From: Trichodelitschia bisporula
Lineage: Eukaryota
Assembly: GCA_010356995.1 (NCBI GenBank)
Contig: ML996687.1
Span: 1,303,803-1,367,802, forward strand
Direction of reading: 5' to 3'
Length of the DNA: 64,000 bases
In this document: positions 1-11,841 of the stretch, in pieces
Numbering within the stretch: the first letter of the stretch is position 1
Layout of the letters: every line of letters starts with the position of its first letter
Notes under the pieces: generated by a model
What the model was told of the DNA's origin: nothing
What the model saw: the letters and a program-made list of their open reading frames with translations, nothing else
The model's database searches: none
Translations under genes and position numbers: made by a program

Positions 1-56
1 CCCCCGTTTAGCGCAGTCGTCTTCATCCTTGTACTCGTTGATCCAGCGCCCTAATC

Positions 57-1043
57 ATGGAGCTCATGATGCTCCTAATTCTGCACTTACTATACCTCCC
101 TCCGGCCAGCACTAGGGATACCTGCTACTTCCCTGACGGCACAATCACCACCGACTTTCCATGCCGGCAAGGAGGCAACGGGGCCTGTTGCGGGGCTGGC
201 TGCGCCTGTATGTCGAACAACCTCTGCATGTATTCGAATTATGTGCCGGACTTCGCATCAGGAGTTACCCGTACGTTCGAGCAAGCTGTACGGATTGAAC
301 GTGGACGGATCCAAACTGTCCGAGCGTTTGCATCTCGACCGCGAACGGGGACCCGCGCAATGACATTCAGAACCTGATCAAATGCGCGTACACAACGGAA
401 GACATGTACTACTGTCTTAACAAAGTGGGAAATGCCAGCAACTGCAAGAACAATGAGGACGTTGTTGTATTTCCCGGTATATTTCCCTTCTTCTGAATTT
501 ACCGGTTTAACCTGAATAGGCACTCCCACAACACTAACCGTCGTCGGTGTCGCAACATGGACTTCCGGGCCAAAAGCTTCGGTATCATCATCATTATCAC
601 CCATAGCCACTTCTGTACCCGTTTTGCCCATTACGTCAGGGAACTCAACCGGACCAAAACACAACTCCGAGCCATCTGAAGCGGCATCCAAAGCACCAGA
701 TTCCGCCGTTCCGATCGGTGCCGGTGTCGGCGTTCCGCTTGGCGCCATCGCCCTGGGCGTCCTCGCTTATTTGTTCTGGCGGCACCGACGAGAGCGGAGA
801 CTCGAAGCAGCGAGAAATGGTGTGTCCGGTGTATCCGAACCTCTTGGCCCTTCACATCAAGCGTACGATTCTGGTTCCGTTCTGGTCTCCGGAGAGTACC
901 ATGCGCAGGATATGTGGCAAGATCTGAGGTGGGCGCAAGGTGGATCTGTTGGGAACGGAGAATACGGGCCAGCCGAATTGGGAGCGCATATTCGTCATCC
1001 ATCCGATTTACCAGTACTGTCGGAGCATCGACGATGGTGTTGA
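57..1043 (+). pseudogene. Disrupted Cys-rich ectodomain / Ser-Thr stalk / single-TM protein (Mid2-like receptor family); paralog of 26726..27686
   Basis: Signal-like N-terminus, then CYFPDG..PC..CC..AC.SNNLC. Homology continues in a shifted frame from ~266 (YPYVRASCTD*TWTDPNCPSVC..MYYCLN..C..VVVFPG) with an in-frame TGA at 296-298. Intron 477..519 (GTATAT..TAG). Exon 2 is open to 1043 and carries the TM segment IGAGVGVPLGAIALGVLAYLFW. Confidence 0.85.
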
Positions 1044-1214
1044 ATAGTCGGGAGACCTGTAGAAGGTGGTTAATATTGCATAGGACTCAATGAATGTACT
1101 TACTTGTAGCTTCGCCGGTGCACATTGCATGTTAGCACTGCAGTGAGGCCGCCTGAAGCCCTGGAGAAGAACCGATGACTTGAAGCCTGAGACAGCAAAG
1201 CGTTCCATCAAATT

Positions 1215-1307
1215 GGTTCTGTGGTGTAGCTGGTTATCACACTTGTCTAACATCTCCTAGAGATATCTGGACACAAGTGGTCCCCGGTTCGAGCCCGGGC
1301 AGAATCA
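1215..1307 (+). tRNA. tRNA-Val (AAC) with 19-nt intron (1253..1271)
   Basis: Acceptor stem GGTTCTG/CAGAATC, anticodon arm CTTGT-CT-AAC-A|intron|C-ACAAG, T arm CCCGG-TTCGAGC-CCGGG, and a downstream T-run at ~1320. Confidence 0.93.
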
Positions 1308-1734
1308 AGACGAGTTTCCTTTTTGCTCTCTTTGCTTGCAGATGTATCCTTTTGGCCGGGCGAAGTACTTGAAGATTTCGAAATATGTGGGTCTCGAGCC
1401 ATAGGGCACGTGGCATGACGTGTGGAGGCAGAACGACTCGTTACTGAAAGCACATGATACGATCTTTGTCAACTGGCCAAAAGCATGCATAATCAATTCA
1501 GTTCCCAAATCTCATGTTGCATAGTGTGTAAAAGACAATCCTTATGAAGTCAAACATAGCGAGCGAGAGTAGAACATGAAACCTCTTCATCCAACAGCCA
1601 TAGCGAGTGTAAGCCAACCAACATTAAATTTCTCATGATATAACCAAAACGCCCGCGATTCTCTCCCCTCTATTTCGCACCACTTCCCACCACCGACTCA
1701 AAAACACTCAGTTCCCCGACGTACACGTCTGGGC

Positions 1735-2469
1735 CTACTGCGCAGGTGCGCCCGCATCATTTCCGGCTGGGGCGGCACCAACCGGAGCCGCAGCAGCAGC
1801 CGGAGCTGCCGCAGCGGGCGCCTGAGCACCAGCAGCCGCAGCCCCAGTCGCCGCCGCACCAGTCGTCGCAGCAGCAGCCGGCCCATTCCCAGCCGGCCCC
1901 GCCGCGCCCGCAGCCCCCATCGGAACAGGCGTAGCCTTAGTCGGCGCAGCCGTCGTCGCAGTCCCAGTAGCCGAGTCCGTCGGCGTAGTCCCCGTAGCCG
2001 CAGCCGCCGTCGTAGTTCCCGCAGCCGCAGCAGCCGTCGTAGTCCCAGTAGCCGCAACCGCCGTCGTAGTCCCAGTAGCCGCAACCGCCGTCGCACTCTC
2101 AGTTGCCGTAACGGTGCCAGTCGAAGTCCCCCCCTTCTTAGGCTGGGGCTTGCCCGGGCTGCCGTAGCCGGGGTGCGGGGCGTACTTGGGAGGCTCGCCG
2201 TAGCCGGGGTGCGGGGCACCCTTGGGGGGGTGGCCGTGGGGCCAGGGGGTTGGGGAGGGGTGGTGGTGCTTGTGCATGTGGGTTTTGGTGTGCTTGTGCG
2301 CGTCTGGGGCGGCGATGGGCATGTGTGGCTGGTAACCTGGGGACAGGGGCTGGTGGTCGGGCCCGAGGGCGATTATGAGGGGGGTGGAGCGCTTGAGGAC
2401 GGGCCCGGCTGAGACGGTGCTGAGGAGAGCTAGGAGGGCGAGGATGGGGAGGGGGGTGGTGGACTTCAT
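1735..2469 (-). CDS. Secreted low-complexity protein (His/Pro-rich, then Thr/Ala/Gly repeats), ~244 aa; possible cell-wall or adhesin protein
   Basis: MKSTTPLPILALLALLSTVSA signal peptide and a KR (Kex2-like) site. TATAAA lies at 2575-2580 on the minus strand, so the ORF-track start at 2583 is unlikely. Confidence 0.8.
   Translation of the reverse strand: MKSTTPLPILALLALLSTVSAGPVLKRSTPLIIALGPDHQPLSPGYQPHMPIAAPDAHKHTKTHMHKHHHPSPTPWPHGHPPKGAPHPGYGEPPKYAPHPGYGSPGKPQPKKGGTSTGTVTATESATAVAATGTTTAVAATGTTTAAAAAGTTTAAAATGTTPTDSATGTATTAAPTKATPVPMGAAGAAGPAGNGPAAAATTGAAATGAAAAGAQAPAAAAPAAAAAPVGAAPAGNDAGAPAQ
1987..2094. repeat. Coding minisatellite, 4 x 27 nt (TAVAATGTT-type units)
   Basis: agtcccagtagccgcaaccgccgtcgt-like unit repeated four times. 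A 36-nt duplication (KxAPHPGYG) also occurs at ~2161-2230. Confidence 0.85.
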
Positions 2470-3488
2470 TCTTTTGGTGGTGGTGGGTTGAGTTGGATGG
2501 GTGGATGGTGTAGTGTATGCTGGTTGAGTGATGCTGATTGAAAAGTGAAGTGCAGAGGCCAAGAGGAGGGGGGATTTATACACTGTTTATCATCTCCGGG
2601 CCACGATGTTAGCAGTTGGGTTGGAAAGGGCTGTGTCGGCAACCAACAGTGGAGCAGAGCCGGCCGACGGTTCGGCTACGAAGTGAAGGAAGCCGAACGT
2701 GTAGGATCCGGGATGTTGCAACCCCGAGCATCGGCTAGATCAATCTGCTAGAAATAGGTTGTTTGAAACTTACGAGGGGGGTAGGTTGACCCATCAATCC
2801 CATACTTCGTGAAGGTGAAGGGTGGAGGCATCCTGGGTTCGCCGGCTGAGACGACCATCTTCACACCCTCTGAAAACAAAGCAATCCAGACTCAAAGGTT
2901 TCTGATGCCATTGATGACATTACTGAAGCCCAAGAGGAAGGAGAGCAGACATGAAAAGTCGATAAGGACCGGCGAGAGCGTGTGGTGACGTTGCTTCACC
3001 AGTCTTGGCTGACAGGAGCAGACGTTGGCTTCGAGCCAGCCACCACCAACGGATTGGCACATGGCATCACACAACACAGAGGATCATGGGTTCTTCCCGT
3101 TACTTTCGGTGCTGCTTCGAATTACCCAGCTGACCGTTGGAGCTGTTTCGAGATGGTTAGTCTGGACGGCAGTTTGGAATGCTCTTACGATCGCGAGAAA
3201 GGACTGCACTTCCGCGCCATATTCGGAGAAGAATGAGGTCGTACGGTAAGCATCTCTTTAGCTTAGGTTTCATGATAAGAGCTTCCCGCGGCTTATGCCA
3301 AAGACCGGGGAGAGATACTGTGTCACGGCATATCGATGATGAACTGTGTGGTCGAATGTGAAGTGTGCTAGGATTTGTGTTGTCCCTGACATCCCAAAAT
3401 ACTTTCCAACCTTAAAATCCTTGCCCACCGCCCCTTGCTCGATCCGACTTCTACGTCCGTAGAAAGCGCCCAACATCACAACATCGCC

Positions 3489-3926
3489 TCACGCTCCTCC
3501 CCCATGACGCACCCAAGTCGGCAATACAGCCATCACCCCTAAAAGTCCAAAATACATTGTTCCCGCCACTTGATCCCTCTCCGTGACCCAAGCACCCACG
3601 CCCTTCCACCCCCTCGTCGCCGCCGTCCCCAGCATTTCCACCGCAAGCATGAATCCCAGTGCCGTGAAACCCACAAACAGTCTGTCTGCTACAGAAGCCG
3701 ATGTTCTCTCTCTATCGCGCCCGGCAAAATGCAGCCGTGCCGCGGTGTACCGCGCCGAGATAAATATTGCGGCAAACATGATCGACATTTCGAGGATCTG
3801 GGCCCAGCGGTGGCCGAGGCGGGGCTCGAGAGAGAAGACGCGGATGGGGCCGCATGTTAGGCCGGCGAGGAAGACGAGGGCGAATTATGTTAGCGAGATG
3901 GATAGGAGGGTGATGGGAGGGAGCAT
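3489..3926 (-). pseudogene. Intronless ~145-aa four-TM membrane protein with a nonsense codon at codon 14
   Basis: ATG at 3926 reads MLPPITLLSISLT*FALVFLAGLTCGPIRVFSLEPRLGHRWAQILEMSIMF.. with TAA at 3885-3887. It continues in the same frame into ORF 3489..3788. Confidence 0.7.
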
Positions 3927-4290
3927 TTTTCTTTCTGGTTGTTGAATAGTGTCGTGGACGACGAGGTCTTGGAGAACAGGCCCTGCATATGTCGGGATGT
4001 GATCGTACGATCTCTTACTACGGTACGATGCGCCGAGCCTCGTCCAAATTTCCGTAAGTTAGTTCCAGAACACAACTTTCTGGATCTTCCTGCCCAAAAC
4101 CGGGCCGCTACTTTAATCGCGCCTATCTACCCGCCTATCTGGCCCGCGTACCCCTCAAACCTCCGTGGGTTAGGTGAAATCGTGCAAACGCGCTTGTCAC
4201 ACAAACCCCCCGATTGGCCACCCCGTCTCCTGACCTCACCACTATCAAACTCTTCCCAAACCCAGTCACTCCCGCCCTCGCCGCTCCTCC

Positions 4291-5128
4291 ATGGCCAGAA
4301 AAGTACGTCCAGTGCCCTACACCCTTCTCAATCTAGCAATCCAGACTCATCACTAACTTTTTACGCTCACTCACTCAGAAATCAGCCATCCCCCCCGCAA
4401 CCCGCATCCGCGAAAATCAGCGCCGCTCCCGCGAGCGCCACAGGGAATACGTCACGGCCCTCCGGGAGCGGCTCGCAACCCTTGAGGCCGCGGGCGTGCA
4501 GGCTAGCCTCGAGATTCAGCGTGCGGGGCGCAGGGTTGCGCGGGAGAATACCCTCCTACGGGAACTATTAACCCTTCGAGGCGTGGAGCCCAACGAGGTG
4601 GAGGAGTTCCTGAGAGCGCGATGGGGAAGTGGTGGGGAGATAGGCGGTAGAATGGAGAGGGGGCCGGTTGTGGAGGGGAATGGGGAGGGGAGTGCAGTGC
4701 CTGGTGTGGCGACAGGCGCGCTGGAGGCCGAACCCTTGAGCGTGCCGGACGGGAATCGCCTACTTTTGGAGCACTACCAGCCTGTCGAGCACCCAGACTC
4801 TTCCATCCACCACCCACACCCTCCATACCCAGCCCTCACTGCAACCCTCTCCCAACCCCTCTCCGAGCCTCGAACCCTTCCCTCACCTCACCCCCTCTCC
4901 GAGTCCCAAACCCCAACACCAGCCCTCAGCACGCACTGCTCCACGCCCGACTCAGACGTGGGCCTCGACCGGTCGTGCCACGAAGCCGCCGTCATAATCG
5001 CCACGATGCGCGGGCACAATGATACCGAGTGGGTGCGGCGCGAGCTGGGCTGCGAAGGCATGGTAGACTGTCGAGTCAAAAATGCGGATTTGTTGGATGT
5101 TATGGATTCGGGGAGCGCTTGGGAGTGA
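4291..5128 (+). CDS. Fungal bZIP transcription factor
   Basis: Exon 1 MARK (4291-4302) and intron 4303..4378 (GTACGT..CTAAC..CAG). Then the basic region RIRENQRRSRERHREYVTALRERL, a zipper, and a C-terminal SCxxAAxIIAxMRG..ELGC..C.VxN motif. Confidence 0.9.
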
Positions 5129-5336
5129 GAAGAATTGTAGCATCGCTTAAGGCGTATAAATATAGTTGTAATATGTTTGCTCGGATGGGCCGTGGATGAG
5201 CTGGTTTGTCGGAGCTTAAGTTGAGGCCTTGTAGGGCCGGAAGACGAACGTCTGAGTCTCTCCGAAGAGCAGCTTTGCGCAAAAAGAAGATACCGTATCT
5301 TGCCCTACTGCCCACCGGTAAAAATCAAAAAGAGAA

Positions 5337-5408
5337 TGACCGAGGCAGGGGTCGAACCTGCAATCTCCTGATTCGTAGTCAGACGCGTTGCCATTACGCC
5401 ACACGGCC
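5337..5408 (-). tRNA. tRNA-Arg (ACG)
   Basis: Reverse complement GGCCGTGTGGCGTAATGGCAACGCGTCTGACT-ACG-AATCAGGAGATTGCAGGTTCGACCCCTGCCTCGGTCA folds as a cloverleaf; T-runs lie downstream. Confidence 0.95.
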
Positions 5409-5791
5409 GATTGATGCTCAGTGTTCAAAAAATTGTGCATATGACCAGACTACTGTTTTTGACTTCGCAACTAAAAAGAACCTAGACCGGTAGGATGATA
5501 TCTACCCCCACCCTGGCCTTCATGCATTAGGAGGAAAGACATTGTACACTTCATTTCCTTTACATTGTAAACTATAGGTATCAGAAGCCTTTCTTGCCTT
5601 GCCTTGCCGTCGCATTACTCTTACTTGCAGAGAGTTGATCTCCCATCCACCCCTCCATGCCCTCTTGGTCCCCTAACCCACCAGCGTAGCCTCGCTCGTG
5701 CAGCAGCACCGGCCCGCAACCGAGAACCCCTTCCGCTGTATCGTACTACATTCGGTTTTCATTCAGCCCGTCATTACATTTCCCCAGCCGC

Positions 5792-7148
5792 CTATGCCAA
5801 AATATCAAGCCCGGCATCCGACCCCTCCGCCGCCGCCGCCACCGCCTCTTCCAGCGGCGAAGCCGTAGCATCCACGTCTAACCCCTCCATAACAGCCCTA
5901 AGAGGGATGAAAATTCCACCATCATAGCACACCGGCAGCTTCGAGAAATAAAAGTCATGCGCCGCAAACCCATCGATCAAATTCGTCCCAAGGATACCCT
6001 CACCGTCCTCGTCATTCGGCCGCCGAACAACATCATCCGGCGAGGGTCGGTTCTCGTTGTCGCTCAGGATGTAGTACTCAGGCCCGATGTGGCGGTAGCC
6101 GAAGATGTTGTGTGGTAGACCCGGGATCGGGTCGCCTTGATGCACGACGCGGTAGTTGCGCCCGAAGTCACGTGGCTGCTTCGTGATGTAGTTGGAGATT
6201 GCCTCGTTGCCGATGCGAGGCGCGCCATATGATACCTGCTCGGTCAGGCACGTGCTTGGAGATTATTAACGTACTCACCAGGTCGGTCATGAAGCCGCGA
6301 TCGCGGAGCTCCGCCGCGGCAAGTGTGGCAACAGCACCACCGAGCGAATGCCCGGTTGCGACGACGAGGAGGTCAGGATACATCTCAATCGACCACCGCA
6401 CGGCTTCGGCGATGCTGTCGCGCACTTCCCTCCACGCGAGCCACCATCCAGCACCAGAGAGGCAGCCGGTACAAACGTCGGTTAATACGAGGGGAATATT
6501 GATGTCTGATGCATAATTGCGGTAGGACTCGCTGCCGCGGAATGAGACGACGACTAAGGCGTTCGTCTGATCAATGGCTACAAAGCCACTGGTGTCAGAT
6601 ACTCCCCTATGGCACATATTAGTCTTGACTCCCTACGGAAGCGATCACCGCACATGCAAACATAAGCACAAAGCGAAACCGCTTGCCAATGGCAAGTAGA
6701 TGAGCGACCAGATTGCCGGATTTGGCAAAGGTGATGAGGCCTTGGCCAGGGCTCACAGCCTCGAACAGTACAACTCCGAGTGGATCACAGCGAGACCGGG
6801 AAAGTCCAAAACAGGCGGCTGACAGACAACAAGTGGTGAACATACCCATTGAACGCGTACACGATGCGAGTGTCAGAACGCTCAACCAAGGGACAGTTTC
6901 CAGTTGCACATCGCAGTTTGGTGCCTTTGTTGGAGTCGTAGTTGTCGGGACAGTAGGAAGCAGCCGCATATTGTGAAACCAACTCGAGCTTATTCAACAA
7001 TGTTGCTGATATCTCAACCTCATCTTGACCTATTCAACTTCAGCAACCAGCAATTTTGACGCTGATGCGACCTACGCTTTACTATGACACGCCCCAGAGC
7101 AGCCGAAAAGAAGGACAAACAGACAACGAGCGACAAAAGGGCTACCAT
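5792..7148 (-). CDS. Secreted class 3 lipase / feruloyl-esterase-like hydrolase (4 exons)
   Basis: Signal peptide, QYAAASYC, VVSFRGS, GHSLGG nucleophile motif, SYGAPRIGN, RVVHQGDPIP and HDFYF. Introns at ~7030-7075, 6607..6845 and ~6236-6278 restore a continuous frame. Confidence 0.92.
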
Positions 7149-10100
7149 TGCGTGACAATGGCCAAACGACAGGCGGCGGATGCGGGAAACGAATGAGGCT
7201 GTCGAGGCCACAGCCCTGAGGCCATCGCGCTGGTATACATAAGCGACCGCTTCAGCCTTCACTCTACATTCCCACTATGCGTTTACGTGTGTTGCCCAGG
7301 ATCTACGGTGAACGTCAAAAGTCTGGTACGGGTGTATCGTTAATTCAACGGGCAAAAAGGCACCGTCTTGGGTACATTAGCTTGCAGGTAAGGGTGACAT
7401 ACAAACCAACGCTGTCAATAATTGGTTACATTCACGTACAGTTTCCCCGCGAAGCCCACGCTTCGGGAAAGCTCTGGCCTAGATCCGGCCAAAGAGGCGC
7501 TACGCTGACGGTTTGGCAAGCGCGTGGCAGGCACGCCAACTGCGATATCCTTGCATGGACAATCCCGATGTGCCGGATTTGACTGCCTCCGACGAACAGC
7601 CGTTGGGGCTGCAACCTCGATGTGTCTATGCGTGGGATTCGGTTTCCGGGGAATGACCACGCCCATGGCGTGGAGTATGAACGCTTGGGACTCTGTTGGG
7701 ACAGGGCCAATATGCGTTTGGGCGGCGATACAGGGTTCAGGCTTGTTTACGACCTAGAAGCTGAGGTTCAGGCACCATGAGCGTGAGGGGAGACGGTAAA
7801 GCACGAGAGATCCAATAGAGACCGGTTTGGGGGCCGCGTGGGCCGGGCTGCACTGTCGGGTATTGAGGTACATTTCCACAGACCGGGACGCGGCTCGGGA
7901 TTGAAGAGGGCATGGCTGCTAAGCTTCCCACGGCAGAAGGGATGGCCTGGCGTGGTAGACGTAAAACAAAGTTCCAATGGAAGAAGACGCGTTCCTGGCC
8001 GAACGTTTCGTGTGAAGTTCATCAATGTAAAGATGCCTTGCGGCCGGACGTGCCTTTCAGTACGTCACCATGACCCACATTCGGAGGACAAGAAATTCCG
8101 CTTCCGATCCTGTGGGGGAGGCTCTTCAGTGGCGGACATCTTCGTAGATCGACTTCATCTGGTTCATGAACTACACCGAAGGAGCAAATAGCCCTTCAAA
8201 CCCGTGGAACATTGCATTTTACCGGCCTCTTACCATGGCTTGGCCCTAGGGCCCTTGTTCGTTCCATTCTCCGACCGCAGTCCATCAGTCGGGAATTTGT
8301 CGATCTTCACAAATCCGCTTACTGTACCAGCATCCAGCCTCGCAATGGCGAAGTAGCTTGTGCACTCTCCCGCATTTCTCCCGTTGTTCACACCTGGAAG
8401 ACTGGTCGAATGGTGATCAAAGTTCTCTACCCGGGCTTCAGAAGACCCGGTGAGAGTAGAATTAATTTTGTGCAGCAGCACTCCGTCAACCGTTAATAGA
8501 ACGCCCGCTAACCCCAGGGACTAGTTCTAAGCGAGGGCAATATCCTCCGAAGTGTGTTAGAACGAACGCGACGTATTCAATCAACCACAATATCCATTGA
8601 ATGCAAGATCTACTCCATTACGACGCGAACGAAACCATGACCACCTTTTCATCTTGCAGTGTACAGGATACTGAGAAGGGCTTCAGGTCTTGCGACTGCC
8701 CGGTTAGCCCACGTAACCCTTCAAGAGACCGTCTTGAGCACAAAGCTTGAGGAATGCCATCCATGCAATGCACAGATTCAGCCCTACTGCGCTGATGCTA
8801 ACCTGGAGAGCGTATGTCTGGTCCTGGGAATCCATCTGCATGTGTTCTCAACATTCAAGCTTGAGGTGCTTCCTTCAGTTCCCGCCCCCATTCACAGCTC
8901 GTTTAGCTCCAGTCTGGAACCTCTTGGTTGCAATGTCAATATGCTGGTCGCTTCCTCAGAGCGGAGAACCGAGAACAACACCCTGCCGAGGGATGTACAT
9001 TTTTCCTGGTTATCGCCAACCCAATCCTTGGGTATTTTTGTTCGCATGGCCTCACCAGCCCTTGTCATTGGTCCCATAGCAATCTGGATCTTGAGCACCC
9101 AGCAACTGTTAATGTTTTTCCGTTGGCAACCAAGATTCTTCGAAAGCGTTCAACCGAGGGGAGATAACCGACGGTGATGACAGCTCCGTGCAATCTCCTT
9201 CCGGTCCTCAGTTGATTCATCCGTCGCTCGAAATCATGTTGAGTCTGGAATCTGCCGGTTAGCGAGGTGTCTTGCCAGCCATGTGTATCGTCAGTGTGAG
9301 TACCCCGCACCGAGACTCGGTTCGCTAAATTGCTGCTTTAAGGACGAGGCCTCTTTGCCCTAGCCGTCAGTGATGAGGCCGCCATTTGCCGTATTCGTCC
9401 GTTGCCCGACGGCTTTGTGCCTTCCTCGCTGCAGTCTATCCCCTTCTTCAGTGCCGCAGGTCTTTATGCCGCGGGCCTTGATGCCGTGGAGCCGTAGGTA
9501 TTCATATTGAGACTTGGCGCCAATATGGGATGCGGGTTGGCAGAGAAAGCGGAGTCGTCTAGGATCTGTCCATTGGTGATTGAGCGCGCCGATCGGAGCG
9601 ACGATTCTAACTTGTCAAACATCGAAACCATCAGTTCAAAGCAAGAGGCGTGCGATGGAACGCCGCCTTATGTATCTTCGCACGCGCCGACCAAGCACCT
9701 TATCACCGGCCGTAAAGTGGATTACGGCTAACCAAGTTCGGTAATCGCAGCGTCCAGTCCCTGCCAGCGCAAAGGCTGCGCCCCACGCCGCCATCCGGAC
9801 GCTGCCGGATATACGAATCCCAATAGAGTTTCATGTCTTTACATGCATTTTTAACAGCATTTGCTTAAACTATGGTGGTAGGCTGCCGGTGTGAGCAATC
9901 AGGTTGCCCGGATAGGCTGCGCTGCGCCAATGGAGAGGCGGTGTTCGGTATCTGGTACATCGGGATCGTGCGGAAGCTTATCGGTGGTGATGAGCTTCAT
10001 TTGCTTATACTGGCGTCGATGGTGGGCCAGTCACTGTCGCCAATCGCAATCAAGTGTCGGTTGACAGTTGTGAGTATCAATGTTGTCGATTCTTTGGCGC

Positions 10101-10258
10101 CATGGAATGATCTACATTGAAGTCATGATTTGCATTCGTATTGAAGGGTTAGTAACTAATGGAATAGCCATCACATTCTACCGCCCTCCATCAATCGCCT
10201 CCAAAATGTCAGCAATGCTCAGAAACCAATTAATCTTCCATCGGTATACAGTTGATGT

Positions 10259-11206
10259 GTCTCAGATATCCCTCTGGTGCGCTTGCAACCTGCCGCTAAA
10301 CCTTCACGGCTTTTCAGGAGCGGAATGTCATCATGCGGCGCTCAAACATGTCTTTCGACGGTGCTGAGATGAGTATTCGCCCGCGCCTCCTCCTCCATCG
10401 CGGTAAAGAATGTTGTGTATATAGGGCCTCAGATTCCTCAGGTGCGCTTGCAACCTGTCCGCAAAACGTTCATGGCATTTTAGGAGCGGAATGTCATCGT
10501 GCGGCTCGCTCAGTCATGTCCTTTGATAGTGAAGAGGGGAATAAGTAGAAATATGGTTAATGCTGTTTATGTATGCCGTCGTCGCCGTTGTTCGTTATTG
10601 TCACCGTTACTCGAATTGTCGCTGTTATTCGTTGTTATGACTGTTGCTTGTTGCTCGAATTGCCCCTGTTGTTTGTTGTTGTTATGATTGTTGTTCGTTG
10701 ACGTTGTTATTATCGTGGTACTTTGTGGTACTTAGTAGTAATTACCGTGGCTGCGGTCGGAGGTGGTTACGGTTGTCGTTGCCGGACGAGAATGATATGG
10801 TTTGAAGTTGTATATATTTGCGATGCCTCGAATTCCCAGGTGCACTTGCAGCCTGTCCGCAATACCTTTATGGCATATAAGGAGCAGAATGTCATGCGGC
10901 TCGCTCAGACATGTCCTTTGATTGTGCAGAGGGGAATGAGTGTAAATATGGTTGAATTTTGTAAGCCATCGTCGCCGTTGTTCGTTGTTATGGCTGTTGT
11001 TTGTTGACGTTGTTATTATCATGGTTCTGAGTAGTAATTGCGGTGGCTGCGTCCGGAGGTCGTTATGGTCGTCATTGCCGGAGAATGATATATGGGTTGA
11101 AGTTGAACATATATGCGAAGCCTCAGAATTCCCAGGTGCACTTGCAACTTGCCGCAATACCTTTATGGCATTTAAGAAGCGGAATATCATCATGTGGCTC
11201 GCTCAG
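10259..11206. repeat. Degenerate tandem repeat: four copies of a ~90-130 nt core separated by GTT-rich spacers
   Basis: The core ggtgc(g/a)cttgca(a/g)c..atggca..ag(c)ggaat(g/a)tcat..gctc.. recurs at ~10260, ~10427, ~10825 and ~11120. Homology between the last units extends over ~290 nt. Confidence 0.85.
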
Positions 11207-11754
11207 GAGCGAGAAGCCTGCTACCTAAGAGCAGCAGGACCTCAGAGAGCCGAGACCCAGAAGTAATCCACCGAGGGCAACACCAGCGCGAGAGCATAGC
11301 AGTCAACCTGAGTAAGAAAATAAACTCTTGAGGTGAGGAAAGAAACGTTGTAACCCTTCAAACTGCTTCGCGGAGCGGAATCTTGAAAGACGCCACCACT
11401 CAAAGGAGTAGCCATCCGACGAAGACCCTTATGCCAGTCCGAAGACTCTGCGAGACCATATCTCGAGCAGCTACCACAAGGTGAGGGCATTGGGTACGGG
11501 CCTTGCGACAGGGCAAGGTGACCACGGCAGATGTCGCGTTGGCGATGATCCCACAGTCCCTCAGCCCACTGGTCCACCAGCTTGAAGTTGTCCGACTTGA
11601 AGGCAAGGTTCATGAGGCATCAGAACTCAGGAGCAATTGCATCCTATTGTAAGCCTTGAGGCTAATACATCAATACATTGTCATCATATGCCCATATATC
11701 CCACAGACCCAGACCCACAGCCCACAGCCCACAAAACCCATGGCCCACAGAAGC

Positions 11755-11841
11755 AAAGACAGGAACAAAGAGTGGAACAAAGAGTGGAACAAAGATAGGA
11801 ACAAAGATAGGAACAAAGATAGGAACAAAGACAAGAACAAA
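11755..11841. repeat. 12-nt minisatellite, 7 copies (AAAGAYAGGAAC / AAAGAGTGGAAC)
   Basis: Directly visible. It lies in a short ORF from ATG 11740 (MAHRSKDRNKEWNKEWNKDRNK..). Confidence 0.9.

Noticed and set aside
296..298. In-frame TGA as selenocysteine or readthrough
   Set aside because: It aligns to Pro rather than Cys in the paralog and co-occurs with a frameshift, so pseudogenisation is simpler.
3939..4571. 210-aa ORF upstream of the bZIP gene
   Set aside because: It runs through the promoter and intron 1 out of frame with the bZIP exons and has no recognisable motif.
7250..10250. Numerous short ORFs as a gene or transposon relic
   Set aside because: I could not recognise transposase, RT or other domain motifs, terminal repeats or a consistent splice structure.
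10259..11206. CRISPR-like repeat-spacer array
   Set aside because: The repeats are ~100 nt or more and divergent, the spacers are homologous and uneven, there are no cas genes, and the context is eukaryotic.
11242..11613. 123-aa minus-strand ORF
   Set aside because: The first ~40 codons look coding-like, but no family can be assigned and promoter or splice support is lacking.
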